From positions 15,282 through 79,281 of the forward strand of contig JABWBN010000001.1 in NCBI GenBank assembly GCA_013360485.1: DNA of 64,000 bases, in the 5' to 3' direction. The position numbers were made by a program, and so were the translations under genes. The notes below the pieces were generated by a model. It worked only from the letters and a program-made list of their open reading frames with translations. It was not told where the DNA came from and made no database searches. Positions 15,871 to 26,340 of the stretch are shown in pieces. Origin of the DNA: Burkholderiaceae bacterium. GTDB lineage: Bacteria > Pseudomonadota > Gammaproteobacteria > Burkholderiales > Burkholderiaceae_C. Position 1 is the stretch's first letter; each line of letters starts with the position of its first letter.

Positions 15871-17205
15871 ATGGCAAGGAAGCACTTCGGGACCGATGGC
15901 ATACGGGGGGAGGTTGGCCGTTCGCCGATCACGCCCGACTTCATGCTGCGGCTGGGACACGCGGTCGGACGCGTGCTGCGCCAGGCCACCAACCGCCCGG
16001 TGGTGCTCATCGGCAAGGACACTCGGATCTCCGGCTACATGATCGAGTCGTCCCTGGAGGCAGGCCTGGCGTCGGCGGGGGTGGACACCCTTCTGACGGG
16101 TCCGTTGCCGACGCCCGGCGTGGCCTACCTGACCCGGGCGTTGCGGCTCGACCTGGGCATCGTGATCAGTGCATCGCACAACCCCTTCCAGGACAACGGC
16201 GTCAAGTTCTTCTCTGCTCGGGGCGAAAAGCTGCCCGACGAGTGGGAACTGGCCGTCGAGCGGGCGATCGACGAGCCACCTCGCTGGGTGGATGCCGCAT
16301 CACTGGGTCGGGCCCGGCGCATTGACGATGCGCGTGGCCGGTATGTGGAGTTCTGCAAGAGCACCATCGGCAACGACCTGACTCTGCGTGGCTTGAAGCT
16401 GGTGGTCGACGCCGCCCATGGGGCCGCCTACCATGTTGCGCCGGATGTCTTCCACGAACTCGGCGCCGAGGTGTCGACGATCGGCTGCGCGCCGGATGGC
16501 CTGAACATCAACCAGGGATGCGGCGCCACCTCGCCGCAGGCGTTGGTCGATGCGGTGCGCCAGCGTGGCGCCGACTATGGGGTTGCGCTCGATGGCGATG
16601 CCGATCGCCTGCAGATCGCCGACCAGGATGGACGGCTGTACAACGGCGACGAACTGCTGTACGCGATGGTGATCGATCGGTTGGATCAGGGACAGCAGGT
16701 GGCTGGCGTGGTCGGCACCTTGATGACCAACCTGGCCGTCGAGCAGGCGTTGAGGGCGCGCGATGTTGAGCTGGTGCGGGCCAAGGTAGGCGACCGCTAC
16801 GTGCTGGAGGAGCTCAATTCCCGCGGCTGGCTGCTGGGAGGGGAGGGCTCCGGACATCTGCTGGCGCTGGACAAGCACACCACCGGCGACGGTATCGTCA
16901 GCGCGTTGCAGGTCCTCCAAGCTGTCGGGCGCAACGGCGGGCGCCTGGCCGATTTGCTAAATGGGCTGCAGCTGTTTCCGCAGGAAATGATCAATGTGCG
17001 CGTGGCCGATCAACGAGACTGGCGAAAGAACACGCGACTGGTGCGAGAAGCGGAATCTGTCGAAGCCGAGCTGGCAGGCAGTGGTCGAGTGCTCATACGC
17101 GCATCTGGAACCGAGCCCGTTCTGCGAGTAATGGTCGAGGCGCGAGACCGCGACGTCGCCCGCGTGCAGGCGCAGCGCCTGGCCGAAGCGGCGACGACCG
17201 GCTGA
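15871..17205 (+). CDS. glmM: Phosphoglucosamine mutase
   Basis: [28 protein letters not shown]. Confidence 0.97.
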   Translation: MARKHFGTDGIRGEVGRSPITPDFMLRLGHAVGRVLRQATNRPVVLIGKDTRISGYMIESSLEAGLASAGVDTLLTGPLPTPGVAYLTRALRLDLGIVISASHNPFQDNGVKFFSARGEKLPDEWELAVERAIDEPPRWVDAASLGRARRIDDARGRYVEFCKSTIGNDLTLRGLKLVVDAAHGAAYHVAPDVFHELGAEVSTIGCAPDGLNINQGCGATSPQALVDAVRQRGADYGVALDGDADRLQIADQDGRLYNGDELLYAMVIDRLDQGQQVAGVVGTLMTNLAVEQALRARDVELVRAKVGDRYVLEELNSRGWLLGGEGSGHLLALDKHTTGDGIVSALQVLQAVGRNGGRLADLLNGLQLFPQEMINVRVADQRDWRKNTRLVREAESVEAELAGSGRVLIRASGTEPVLRVMVEARDRDVARVQAQRLAEAATTG

Positions 17206-17266
17206 CGCTGGCCAAGTCGAATCCAGCCGCTCCAGGTGTTCCGTTCGATGACGGCGTGACACGACG

Positions 17267-17325
17267 TTGTCATGAAAGAGAGCCCATCTGTCATGCGGCC
17301 GGTCGGGTTGTCACATTACTTTCAT
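17267..17325 (+). promoter_or_regulatory. Pho box(es) (PhoB sites) upstream of pstS
   Basis: TTGTCAC-ATTA-CTTTCAT (17308-17325) has the 7+4+7 pho-box geometry; extra half sites TTGTCAT 17267-73 and CTGTCAT 17288-94. Confidence 0.8.
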
Positions 17326-17386
17326 GACACATCCCTAGGATGAGCACCATTGCACGCTAGGCCGTGCTCATCGTGGAGTGAAACTC

Positions 17387-18382
17387 ATGAACGTTGGTGT
17401 CAAGGTGGTTGCGGCGGCGGCCGCGCTCGGTTTTGCCGCGCTGGCTGCGCAGGCCCAGCAGGTCGTCAAGATCGATGGCTCGTCGACGGTGTATCCGATC
17501 ACCGAAGGCGTGGCCGAAGACTTCCAGAAGGCCAAGAAGGGTGCCGTCAAGGTGACCGTGGGCATCTCCGGCACCGGCGGTGGCTTCAAGAAGTTCTGCC
17601 GCGGCGAGACCGACATCTCCAATGCGTCGCGTCCGATCACCGACAAGGAGATGACGGCATGCCGCGAGGCTGGCATCGAGTACATCGAGTTGCCCGTGGC
17701 CTTCGATGCCTTGACCGTCGTCATCAACCCCAAGAACACCTGGCTCAAGCAAGCCACCGTTGAAGAACTCAAGAAGCTTTGGCAGCCGGCCGCCCAGGGC
17801 AAGGTGCTGCGCTGGAACCAGGTCAACCCGTCGTGGCCTGATGCGCCGGTGAAGTTGTTCGGCGCTGGCGCCGACTCCGGCACATTCGACTACTTCACCG
17901 AGGCCATCGTCGGCAAGAGCAAGTCCAGCCGGGGTGACTTCACCGCCTCGGAAGACGACAACGTGCTGGTGCAAGGCGTTTCGCAGGATGTCAATGCGAT
18001 GGGCTTCTTCGGCTACGCCTACTACGCCGAAAACCAGGCGCGCCTGAAGGCGTTGGCCATTGTCGAGAAGGCCGGCAAGCCTGGAGTGCTGCCCAGCGAG
18101 GCCACCGTTCTCGACGGCACCTACCAGCCCCTGTCGCGCCCGATCTTCATCTACGTGAACGTGAAGTCACTGGCCAAGCCCGAGGTCAAGGAGTTTGCCG
18201 AGTACTACCTGAAGGCAACGCCGAAGATCGCCAAGGAGGTGAAGTACGTCCCGCTGCCGGCGAAGGCCTACACCTTGGGCCAGGAGCACCTGACTCAGTT
18301 GAAGAAGGGGACCGTCTTCGGCGGCAAGAACGAAGTCGGCGTGCGCATCGAGGACCTGCTGTCGCGGGAAGCCAAGCTCTGA
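17387..18382 (+). CDS. pstS: Phosphate ABC transporter substrate-binding protein
   Basis: Signal peptide, IDGSSTVYP, SGTGGGFKKFC, DSGTFDYF, YQPLSRPIFIY; GGAG 8 nt before ATG 17387 (alternative GTG 17378). Confidence 0.95.
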   Translation: MNVGVKVVAAAAALGFAALAAQAQQVVKIDGSSTVYPITEGVAEDFQKAKKGAVKVTVGISGTGGGFKKFCRGETDISNASRPITDKEMTACREAGIEYIELPVAFDALTVVINPKNTWLKQATVEELKKLWQPAAQGKVLRWNQVNPSWPDAPVKLFGAGADSGTFDYFTEAIVGKSKSSRGDFTASEDDNVLVQGVSQDVNAMGFFGYAYYAENQARLKALAIVEKAGKPGVLPSEATVLDGTYQPLSRPIFIYVNVKSLAKPEVKEFAEYYLKATPKIAKEVKYVPLPAKAYTLGQEHLTQLKKGTVFGGKNEVGVRIEDLLSREAKL

Positions 18383-18409
18383 TCGAAGGCTGCGTGCCTG
18401 ATTGACGGC

Positions 18410-18445
18410 CGGGCCCCGGGCGCGCAGGCGACGGGGCCCGTTTCT
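18410..18445 (+). terminator. Stem-loop between pstS and pstC
   Basis: CGGGCCCCG (18410-18) pairs with CGGGGCCCG (18432-40), then TTTCT; typical differential-stability element after a binding-protein gene. Confidence 0.55.
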
Positions 18446-18498
18446 CGTGATGTTCGACCGACGGCCCGTTCGGCCATCGACGACGAGGGGTTTCTAGA

Positions 18499-19470
18499 AT
18501 GTCGACCACACCCACTCAAACGGTCGAGGTCCCGGTGAAGGATGTTCCATTGACCGGCGAGGCCCGCCTGGCCCAGATGGCTCGGGCCAAGCTTCAGCGC
18601 AAGCGCAAGGAAGCGGCCATCGAGTTCGTGCTGCTTCTGGCCGCCTGCGTTTCGGTGTTCACGACTGCGGGCATCGTCTACATCCTGGTCAAGGAGTCGA
18701 TCGTCTTCTTCGGCGACGTGCCGGTCTGGGACTTCCTGACTGATACCCAGTGGACGCCACTGTTCGATGACGCCCACTTCGGCATCATGGTGCTGTTGTC
18801 GGGCACGATCACCAGTTCGGCAGTGGCTCTGTTCGTGGCGGTGCCGTTGGGCACCATCATTGCGATTTACCTGTCGGAGTTCGCGGGACATAAGACCCGC
18901 GAGACGCTCAAGCCTGTGCTCGAGATGCTGTCGGGTGTGCCGACCATCATCTACGGCTACTTTGCGCTGCTGTTCGTCACGCCGCTGCTGCAGAAGGTGT
19001 TTCCCGAACTGCCGGGCTTCAACGTGCTCTCAGCGGGTCTGGTCATGGGCATCATGATCATTCCGTATGTCGCATCGCTGTCGGAAGATGCCATGCGCGC
19101 CGTTCCGATGGGCTTGCGCGAAGGGTCGTACGCCATGGGCGCGACCCGTTACCAGACGGCTGTGAAGGTGGTGGTGCCCGCTGCGCTGTCGGGCATTGCT
19201 TCGGCCTACATCCTGGGCGTCTCGCGTGCGGTTGGCGAAACCATGATCCTGGCTGTCGCGGCCGGCATGCAACCCACCCTCACGTTCAATCCGATGGAGC
19301 CCGCGGCCACCATCACCAGCTACATCGTCCAGGTGGCGCTGGGCGACCTGCCACATGGCTCTGTGGGGTACCAGACCATCTTCGCCGCTGGCCTGATGCT
19401 GCTTCTGCTGACTCTGTTCTTCAACATGCTGGGCTATTGGATCCGCCGCAAGTATCGGGAGGTCTACTGA
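18499..19470 (+). CDS. pstC: Phosphate ABC permease PstC
   Basis: LSGVPTIIYG, EAA loop (REGSYAMGAT), SRAVGETM. Confidence 0.96.
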   Translation: MSTTPTQTVEVPVKDVPLTGEARLAQMARAKLQRKRKEAAIEFVLLLAACVSVFTTAGIVYILVKESIVFFGDVPVWDFLTDTQWTPLFDDAHFGIMVLLSGTITSSAVALFVAVPLGTIIAIYLSEFAGHKTRETLKPVLEMLSGVPTIIYGYFALLFVTPLLQKVFPELPGFNVLSAGLVMGIMIIPYVASLSEDAMRAVPMGLREGSYAMGATRYQTAVKVVVPAALSGIASAYILGVSRAVGETMILAVAAGMQPTLTFNPMEPAATITSYIVQVALGDLPHGSVGYQTIFAAGLMLLLLTLFFNMLGYWIRRKYREVY

Positions 19471-19471
19471 A

Positions 19472-20407
19472 ATGGCTGCCATCGACGCTGTCGCGCGGGC
19501 AAAGGAAATCCGCGAACTGATCCGAGTGCACAAGCGCTGGGATGCGCTGTTCGCGATCCTCGGCCTCCTGGCCATGATGGTCGGCATTCTCACTCTGGTG
19601 GCCCTGTTCACGGAAATGGTGGTCGACGGCCTGCCGCGGCTGAACGCCGAGTTCTTCACCAACTTCCCGTCGCGTCGCGCTGGACAGGCAGGAATATTGT
19701 CGGCCTGGGTGGGGTCGATCCTGGTGATGATCGTGACAGCGAGTTTCGCAGTCCCGATCGGGATCGCGGGAGCGATCTACCTCGAAGAATACGCCAAGAA
19801 GAACTGGTTCACCGACATCATTGAAATCAACATCAGCAACCTGGCGGGGGTGCCCTCCATCGTCTATGGCCTGCTGGCGCTGGGCCTGTTCGTCTACACC
19901 TTCGGATTCGGACAGAGCATTCTCTCGGCCGGACTGACCTTGGCACTGCTCATACTGCCCATCGTCATCGTGGCGACCCGCGAAGCCCTGCGCTCGATTC
20001 CGCAGCACATTCGCGAGGCTGCCTATGGCTGTGGTGCCTCGCGCTGGCAGGTTGTGCACGACCACTTGCTGCCTTACAGCACGCCCGGCATCCTCACCGG
20101 TGTGATCATCGGCATGGCCCGCGCAATCGGCGAGACGGCACCCATCATCACGATTGGCGCGCTCACGTTCATCGCTTTCCTGCCGCCGGTACCGTTTGCA
20201 GGCGATCCACCTGCTGGACTGTTCGATTGGCTGACGTCCCCATTCACGGTGATGCCCATCCAGATCTTCAACTGGACATCTCGCCCGGATCCGGCATTCC
20301 ACCAGAACGCGGCCGCCGCCAGCCTGGTGCTGGTGGTCATGACGCTGGGCATGAACGCACTGGCGATCTGGCTGCGCTACCGCCTGCGCAAGAACATCAA
20401 GTGGTAA
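19472..20407 (+). CDS. pstA: Phosphate ABC permease PstA
   Basis: NLAGVPSIVYG, REAAYGCGA, ARAIGETAP. Confidence 0.96.
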   Translation: MAAIDAVARAKEIRELIRVHKRWDALFAILGLLAMMVGILTLVALFTEMVVDGLPRLNAEFFTNFPSRRAGQAGILSAWVGSILVMIVTASFAVPIGIAGAIYLEEYAKKNWFTDIIEINISNLAGVPSIVYGLLALGLFVYTFGFGQSILSAGLTLALLILPIVIVATREALRSIPQHIREAAYGCGASRWQVVHDHLLPYSTPGILTGVIIGMARAIGETAPIITIGALTFIAFLPPVPFAGDPPAGLFDWLTSPFTVMPIQIFNWTSRPDPAFHQNAAAASLVLVVMTLGMNALAIWLRYRLRKNIKW

Positions 20408-20442
20408 GCGCCTCTTGACCCATAGCATCGACGGATGACCCC

Positions 20443-21237
20443 ATGACCTCCACGATCACACTGCCCGACAGCCCGCCTCCTTTGAAGGCGCAGTCGAAGT
20501 CGCTCGATTTCTACTACGGTGACTTCAAGGCACTCAAGGGCGTTTCGATGCCGGTGTTCGAGCACCGCGTCACGGCTCTCATCGGCCCTTCTGGCTGCGG
20601 CAAGAGCACGTTCTTGCGCTGCTTCAACCGCATGCATGATCTCTATCCGGGCCATCGGTATGACGGCGCAATCGAACTGCTGCCCGATGCGGTGAACGTG
20701 CTGGCGCACGAGGTCGATCCCATCGAAGTTCGCATGCGCATATCGATGGTGTTCCAGAAGCCGAATCCTTTCCCGAAGTCGATCTTCGAGAACGTGGCCT
20801 ACGGGCTGCGCGTTCGCAACGAAAGGTCGCGCAGTTTTCTCGAAGACAAGGTCGAGGCGGCGCTGAAGGGCGCCGCGCTTTGGAACGAAGTTCGTGACCG
20901 TCTAGACGAAGGTGGCTCCAACCTCTCGGGCGGACAGCAGCAACGCCTGTGCATCGCCCGTGCGTTGGCCACCGATCCGGAGATCATTCTGTTCGACGAG
21001 CCCACCTCGGCCCTGGATCCGATCGCCACCGGCGCGATCGAAGACCTGATCGGCGAGCTCAAGGACAAGGTGTCGATCCTGATCGTGACCCACAACATGC
21101 AGCAGGCGGCACGGGTTTCGGACTACACCGCCTACATGTACTTGGGCGAGTTGATCGAGTACGGCGATACCAAGGAGATCTTCATGCGTCCGAAGCGCAA
21201 GGAGACTGAAGACTACATCACCGGCCGCTTCGGTTGA
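20443..21237 (+). CDS. pstB: Phosphate ABC ATPase PstB
   Basis: [40 protein letters not shown]. Confidence 0.97.
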   Translation: MTSTITLPDSPPPLKAQSKSLDFYYGDFKALKGVSMPVFEHRVTALIGPSGCGKSTFLRCFNRMHDLYPGHRYDGAIELLPDAVNVLAHEVDPIEVRMRISMVFQKPNPFPKSIFENVAYGLRVRNERSRSFLEDKVEAALKGAALWNEVRDRLDEGGSNLSGGQQQRLCIARALATDPEIILFDEPTSALDPIATGAIEDLIGELKDKVSILIVTHNMQQAARVSDYTAYMYLGELIEYGDTKEIFMRPKRKETEDYITGRFG

Positions 21238-21258
21238 CGGTTGCCCACGGAGTGAACC

Positions 21259-21966
21259 ATGTCCGAAAAGCACTTGTCCACGCAATTTGACTCCGAGTTG
21301 GCGGGCATCTCCGCGCAGGTCCTCGAGATGGGCGGCCTGGTCGAGTCGCAGGTCGCGCAGGCGGTCTACGCCTTGTCCAACTTCAGTGCCGACGTCGCCA
21401 CCCAGGTACTCAAGCAGGAAGAGCGGGTGAACTCGATGGAGGTCGACATCGACCGCGACCTGTCGTCGATCATCGCGCGGCGCCAACCCACCGCCCGCGA
21501 CCTGCGCCTGCTGATTGCCGTGTCCAAGACCATCGGCAACCTCGAGCGCATCGGCGACGAGGCGGCGCGCATCGCCCGCACGGTGCAGAAATTGATGAAT
21601 GCGGGCATGTCCAGCCGGCTGCGCCTGCCGGTATCCGACCTGTCTTTCGAGGCGGAGCTCGCGACCCAGCAGTTGCGCAAGGCACTAGATGCGTTCGCGC
21701 GTCTGGACACGACGGCAGCGCTCGAAGTGCTGCGCCAGGACGACCAGATCGACCAGGAGTTCGACGGCCTCATGCGCAAGCTGATCACCTACATGATGGA
21801 AGACCCGCGCACCATTTCGTCGGCCATTGATCTGGTGTTCGTGGCCAAGGCGATCGAACGCGTGGGTGACCACGCCAAGAACCTGGCCGAAGTCATCATC
21901 TACATCGTCAAGGGTACCGACGTCCGGCACAACCCGGTCGAGGCGGTCGAGACGATGGTCCGTTGA
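21259..21966 (+). CDS. phoU: Phosphate signalling regulator PhoU
   Basis: QPTARDLR, LERIGDEA, IERVGDHAKN repeats. Confidence 0.97.
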   Translation: MSEKHLSTQFDSELAGISAQVLEMGGLVESQVAQAVYALSNFSADVATQVLKQEERVNSMEVDIDRDLSSIIARRQPTARDLRLLIAVSKTIGNLERIGDEAARIARTVQKLMNAGMSSRLRLPVSDLSFEAELATQQLRKALDAFARLDTTAALEVLRQDDQIDQEFDGLMRKLITYMMEDPRTISSAIDLVFVAKAIERVGDHAKNLAEVIIYIVKGTDVRHNPVEAVETMVR

Positions 21967-21976
21967 GTTTCAGCCG

Positions 21977-22678
21977 ATGAGCAGGATCCTGGTTGTCGAG
22001 GACGAATCGGCCATTGCTGAGTTGATTGCCATCAACCTGCGGCACGCCGGTCACGAAATCACGTTGGCAGCGTCGGCAGAGCAAGCCCAGAGTGAGGTTG
22101 ATGCGCAACTGCCCGACCTCGTCGTGTTGGACTGGATGCTCCCGGGGCAGTCGGGTCTCGCGCTGGCCCGTCAGTGGCGAGCCGATACACGTACCAAAGA
22201 GCTGCCCATCATCTTGCTGACCGCCCGCGCGGCGGAGCAGGACAAGGTCTCCGGTCTCGACGCGGGTGCGGACGACTACCTCACCAAGCCGTTTTCGACC
22301 AACGAGCTGATGGCACGCATACGCGCAGTGCTGCGGCGCAAGGTGCCCGAGGCACTGGACGAAGCGGTCGAGATTGCCGGGCTGAGGTTGGACCCGGCCA
22401 CGCGCCGCGTCAGCCATCGCGAGCGCGAGCTGAAGCTGGGGCCGACGGAGTTCCGGCTGCTGCACTTCCTGATGAAGCACCCTGAGCGCGTGCACAGCCG
22501 GTCCAACCTGCTCGACCGTGTCTGGGGTGACCATGTGTTCATCGAGGAGCGCACTGTCGACGTGCACATCAAGCGCCTGCGCGAAGCGTTGTCTCCGGCG
22601 GGGTGTTCTGGCATGCTGGAAACCGTTCGTGGAGCGGGGTATCGGTTGACTGGCCAGGCCAGTGCCGCAGTGGGATAG
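21977..22678 (+). CDS. phoB: Response regulator PhoB
   Basis: ILVVEDE, LDWMLPG, GADDYLTKPF, GPTEFRLL, ERTVDVHIKRLR. Confidence 0.96.
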   Translation: MSRILVVEDESAIAELIAINLRHAGHEITLAASAEQAQSEVDAQLPDLVVLDWMLPGQSGLALARQWRADTRTKELPIILLTARAAEQDKVSGLDAGADDYLTKPFSTNELMARIRAVLRRKVPEALDEAVEIAGLRLDPATRRVSHRERELKLGPTEFRLLHFLMKHPERVHSRSNLLDRVWGDHVFIEERTVDVHIKRLREALSPAGCSGMLETVRGAGYRLTGQASAAVG

Positions 22679-22698
22679 CCGCTCCGCCTTTTCAGACG

Positions 22699-24060
22699 AT
22701 GAGCTGGACTTGGCTGCGTCCCCTGTTGGCCTGGGTGGCCTGCGCTGGTGGCGCGGCGATTGGCTACGGCCTGGGCGCGTGGGTGGGACATCCGGTCTGG
22801 ATGGCGGCCGCCGGTGTGAGCGGTGTCGTGCTCATGCTGGGCACGCATGATGCGGTGCATGCCCATCGGTTCATTCGCTGGCTGCGTGGTCCACGCACGG
22901 TGGCGCTCGGCGATGCGCCAGGTCTTTGGTCGGAAGTGTTCTTCAGGGCTGAGCGCAAACTGAAGGCGCTCGAGCACGACCTGCTGCAGGAGCGCGAACA
23001 GCGCAGCCAGTTTCTCAGCGCGATCGAGGCCTCGCCCAATGGCGTGTTGTTGCTCGACGAAAGCGATCAGATCGAGTGGTGCAACCGCGTCGCAGCAGAG
23101 CACTTCGGACTGGATGTCCAGCGCGACATCCTTCAGCGGATCACCAATCTGGTTCGTGTGCCGGCCTTTGTCGCCTACTTGCAGGGCGGAACCTGGACCG
23201 AACCCGTGGTGGTGGAGGGGCGAGATGCGGCCAGTTCCCTCTCGGTACTGGTGCGCCGCTATGGTCAGGACCGCAAGATCGTCTTGTCGATGGACATCAC
23301 CGAACGCCAGCGCGGCGAGGCCATGCGTCGCGACTTCGTGGCGAATGTGTCTCACGAGATTCGCACGCCGCTGACGGTGCTGGCCGGCTTCATCGAGACG
23401 ATGGAAAACCTCCCGCTAACCGAGACCGAGCGCCAGCGCGTGCTGCTGTTGATGCGGCAGCAGACGGACCGCATGCATGTGCTGGTGGCCGACCTGCTGA
23501 CACTGGCCCAACTCGAGGGCAGTCCACGCCCCTCGCTGGACAGGTGGAACCGGCTGTCGCCGTTGCTGCAGCGCATCGAGGCCGACGGCTGCACGCTCTC
23601 AGCGGGCAGGCATACCTTGGCGTTCCCGGCAGACCTGCCGGTCGAAGTGGCGGGCGTCGAGGCCGAGATCCTCAGCGCCGTGGGCAACCTGGTGAACAAC
23701 GCCGTTCGCTACACGCCGGCGGGCGGTCGCATCGAGGTTTCGTGGGTCGATCACGGCGCGGGTTACGCGGCCCTGGAGGTGCGCGACAACGGCATCGGCA
23801 TTGCGCGCGAGCATCTGCCTCGGCTCACCGAGCGGTTCTACCGCGTCGATGGCAGCCGGTCGCGCGAGACCGGTGGTACGGGCCTGGGACTGGCCATCGT
23901 GAAACACGTGATGCAGCGTCACGGCGGAGAACTGGAAGTCGAAAGCGAGCCGGGCAAGGGCTCGTGCTTTCGCCTGGTCTTTCCGAGCGCGCGAGTGCGA
24001 CCGACCACGGCTGTCCAGGCAGTGCCAAACACCTTCGACGACAGGGCGATCACCCGCTGA
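22699..24060 (+). CDS. phoR: Sensor histidine kinase PhoR
   Basis: TM, PAS, H-box FVANVSHEIRTPL, NLVNNAVRY, DNGIG, GGTGLGL. Confidence 0.95.
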   Translation: MSWTWLRPLLAWVACAGGAAIGYGLGAWVGHPVWMAAAGVSGVVLMLGTHDAVHAHRFIRWLRGPRTVALGDAPGLWSEVFFRAERKLKALEHDLLQEREQRSQFLSAIEASPNGVLLLDESDQIEWCNRVAAEHFGLDVQRDILQRITNLVRVPAFVAYLQGGTWTEPVVVEGRDAASSLSVLVRRYGQDRKIVLSMDITERQRGEAMRRDFVANVSHEIRTPLTVLAGFIETMENLPLTETERQRVLLLMRQQTDRMHVLVADLLTLAQLEGSPRPSLDRWNRLSPLLQRIEADGCTLSAGRHTLAFPADLPVEVAGVEAEILSAVGNLVNNAVRYTPAGGRIEVSWVDHGAGYAALEVRDNGIGIAREHLPRLTERFYRVDGSRSRETGGTGLGLAIVKHVMQRHGGELEVESEPGKGSCFRLVFPSARVRPTTAVQAVPNTFDDRAITR

Positions 24061-24135
24061 ACGCGGGTCCCCGCAACTGTGAACGGCGCGGCCAATGCCG
24101 CCTGTGGGTCGAAGCACGACGGACCTGAAATGGAC

Positions 24136-25818
24136 TCAATCGGCGTTGCGTAGGCGCTGGTACAACACCAGGGTCTCCTGGCGTTCTGTCGGCCGGCGTG
24201 CCCGTTCCAGCTCGATCCAGGCCGCTGATGGCGCTTCACGGTAAGCGGGTGTCGGCTGCACCAGCAGCAGTGCATCGCAGCGAGCCTTGTCGATTGGCAC
24301 TGTCCGCGCGTCGATCTGGCGGCCGGTGTATACCTCCAGCGCCGCGACCAATACCGGAGGCGCGGTTGGGGCGCTGACACAACCGCCGGTGGGCAGCGCA
24401 CGCGCAAGTTGCTCGATGGCCGATCGGTAGCTGCGTGCGTGGTCCAACGCTGGCAGCCACAGCGTCATCAACAACAGCCAGGACAACGCGACCCCGCTGG
24501 CCGGCAGGACCAGGCTGCGCCAAAGCGCGCTGCGATGCCGACCCGTGCGCCACCGCACCAACCAGATCCAGGCCAGAGTGGCACATGCGCCCAGCAGCAG
24601 CTCCGGTGCGGAAAACGGCGGCCGGTAGCCGCTCAGCAGGCGCAGCACGTTGGCCGCGGGCTTTGCTGGCCAACCGAGGTGCATCGCCAGGTAGAACATC
24701 CATATGGCTGCGGCCGACACGGTGAAGAAGAACACCGAGAACCAGTCGATTGCAGCCGCAGTACCGCGCTGCAGTGTCGGGAGCGCGAACGCGGCAAGGA
24801 TGGCCACACCGGGCAACGCCAACATCAAGGCCCGATCGGAGCCACCCATGCCCAGGCATGTCATCAGGCCAGGCAGCAATGACAGCAGGGGAATGCTCAC
24901 GTGGGCCTTGCCCAGATAGCGGCGCCACCGCCAAAGGGTTAGTGCCGCCAGGGCCCCGGCTGGCCAAAGAAACCAGACCCACAGGCGCAGTGCCTGTAGC
25001 GGATCGAGAGTCGGAGCGATGCGCCATTGCCACGCGTTCAGGGGCCAGGCCACCAGCATTGCGAGCACTGCGCCCACACCGATCCACGGAAGCAGTGTGC
25101 GCCCACCGGGGAGGACGGACCGCCACGACAGTGCACACGCAGCCAGCCCGATGAAGCAAGCCAGTGCCGGGGCATCGCTGGCTGCCAGAGCGGGCAGAGC
25201 CAGCATCACGCCCATGCGCGGCAGATTGGGCAAGCGATGGGTGCACGACAGCGACCAGAGCAGAGTGGACAGCGCGGCAAGCTGGACCAACTCAGGCGTG
25301 GTCTCGTGACCGAGTTGCAGCAACCCGAGTGTTGCCAGCAGTGCCAACAGCGCTCCGTCCGCCATGGCGCGCGCGTAGTCGGCCGGAAGCGCCTCGCCAC
25401 CGAACGCGAAGGCCAGCGGCTGCGCCGCGTCGGTGCGCGCAAGATGAAACGTGGCGTACCAAACCGCCAGGAGCGTCAGCGACAACAGCGCGGCGAATGG
25501 CAGTCGTGCGGCCAGTGCCGGAGCCAGGACGCCATCGGCGAGCCAGATGCTGGCTGCACCGATCCAGGTCGGCAACAGCGCGGCGTCGGTCGGCATGCCA
25601 CCCAGGGAGGGCGTCCACCACGAGGTGCGCCCCTGGGCCATCGCGAGCATCTGACCGAATGCGGTGAGATCGGCGTTCCGCCACGGTTCGCGGCCGAACA
25701 ACCCCGGCAGCACATAGGCCGCGCAAAGCAGCAGCAGCGGCAGGCGCGGCAGGCGCCGTGCCGCATCGCGCGCGACCAGCGCCGGCTTGGGGATCGGGGT
25801 CACCGCGCGATCATGCAT
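24136..25818 (-). CDS. Polytopic membrane protein, ArnT/GT39-like (GT-C fold) glycosyltransferase; start uncertain (25824/25818/25803)
   Basis: About 12-13 TM segments; PGLFGREPW..DL..FG N-terminal loop like ArnT-family proteins; soluble C-terminal domain. Confidence 0.65.
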   Translation of the reverse strand: MHDRAVTPIPKPALVARDAARRLPRLPLLLLCAAYVLPGLFGREPWRNADLTAFGQMLAMAQGRTSWWTPSLGGMPTDAALLPTWIGAASIWLADGVLAPALAARLPFAALLSLTLLAVWYATFHLARTDAAQPLAFAFGGEALPADYARAMADGALLALLATLGLLQLGHETTPELVQLAALSTLLWSLSCTHRLPNLPRMGVMLALPALAASDAPALACFIGLAACALSWRSVLPGGRTLLPWIGVGAVLAMLVAWPLNAWQWRIAPTLDPLQALRLWVWFLWPAGALAALTLWRWRRYLGKAHVSIPLLSLLPGLMTCLGMGGSDRALMLALPGVAILAAFALPTLQRGTAAAIDWFSVFFFTVSAAAIWMFYLAMHLGWPAKPAANVLRLLSGYRPPFSAPELLLGACATLAWIWLVRWRTGRHRSALWRSLVLPASGVALSWLLLMTLWLPALDHARSYRSAIEQLARALPTGGCVSAPTAPPVLVAALEVYTGRQIDARTVPIDKARCDALLLVQPTPAYREAPSAAWIELERARRPTERQETLVLYQRLRNAD

Positions 25819-25896
25819 CTGCATGCACCAATGAAAAGGGCAGCCGAAGCTGCCCTGACGTGTCGACGTGCGCCGAAAGCGGCGCGCCGCTCGCAA

Positions 25897-26166
25897 TCAG
25901 GCCGACTTCTTGGCCATGCCCACACGGGCGAACTTGTTGCGGAACTTCTCGACGCGGCCACCGAGGCTGTCGATGCTCTTCTGGGTGCCGGTATAAAAAG
26001 GATGGGTTTCGCTCGTCGTTTCGAGCTTCACCAGCGGCAGTTCACGGCCGTCGTCCATCTTGACGGTTTCTTTCGTCTGCACGGTTGAGCGGGTGACGAA
26101 CTTGAAACCGTTGGACAGGTCCACGAAGCACACTTCGCGGTAGTTCGGGTGGATGCCTTCTTTCAT
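25897..26166 (-). CDS. rpmE2: 50S ribosomal protein L31 type B (lacks the Zn ribbon)
   Basis: MKEGIHPNYREV...ETTSETHPFYTG...GGRVEKFRNKF; TATAAT at 26245-50 on the minus strand. Confidence 0.96.
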   Translation of the reverse strand: MKEGIHPNYREVCFVDLSNGFKFVTRSTVQTKETVKMDDGRELPLVKLETTSETHPFYTGTQKSIDSLGGRVEKFRNKFARVGMAKKSA

Positions 26167-26340
26167 GGGAATCTCTCGCTTCGGTTGGACCGGGAGCCAC
26201 GCCGCACCATGCAGCGCACTTTCCGTTTGGGCGGAAAAACGCGAATTATATCCAGTTTGGGCCCACCCACGGCCGCGCAAGCATGCGCGGCCGCTTCGGC
26301 AGGCGTGCAACAGTGCGCAGGCACTGTTGCACGTCCGGCC

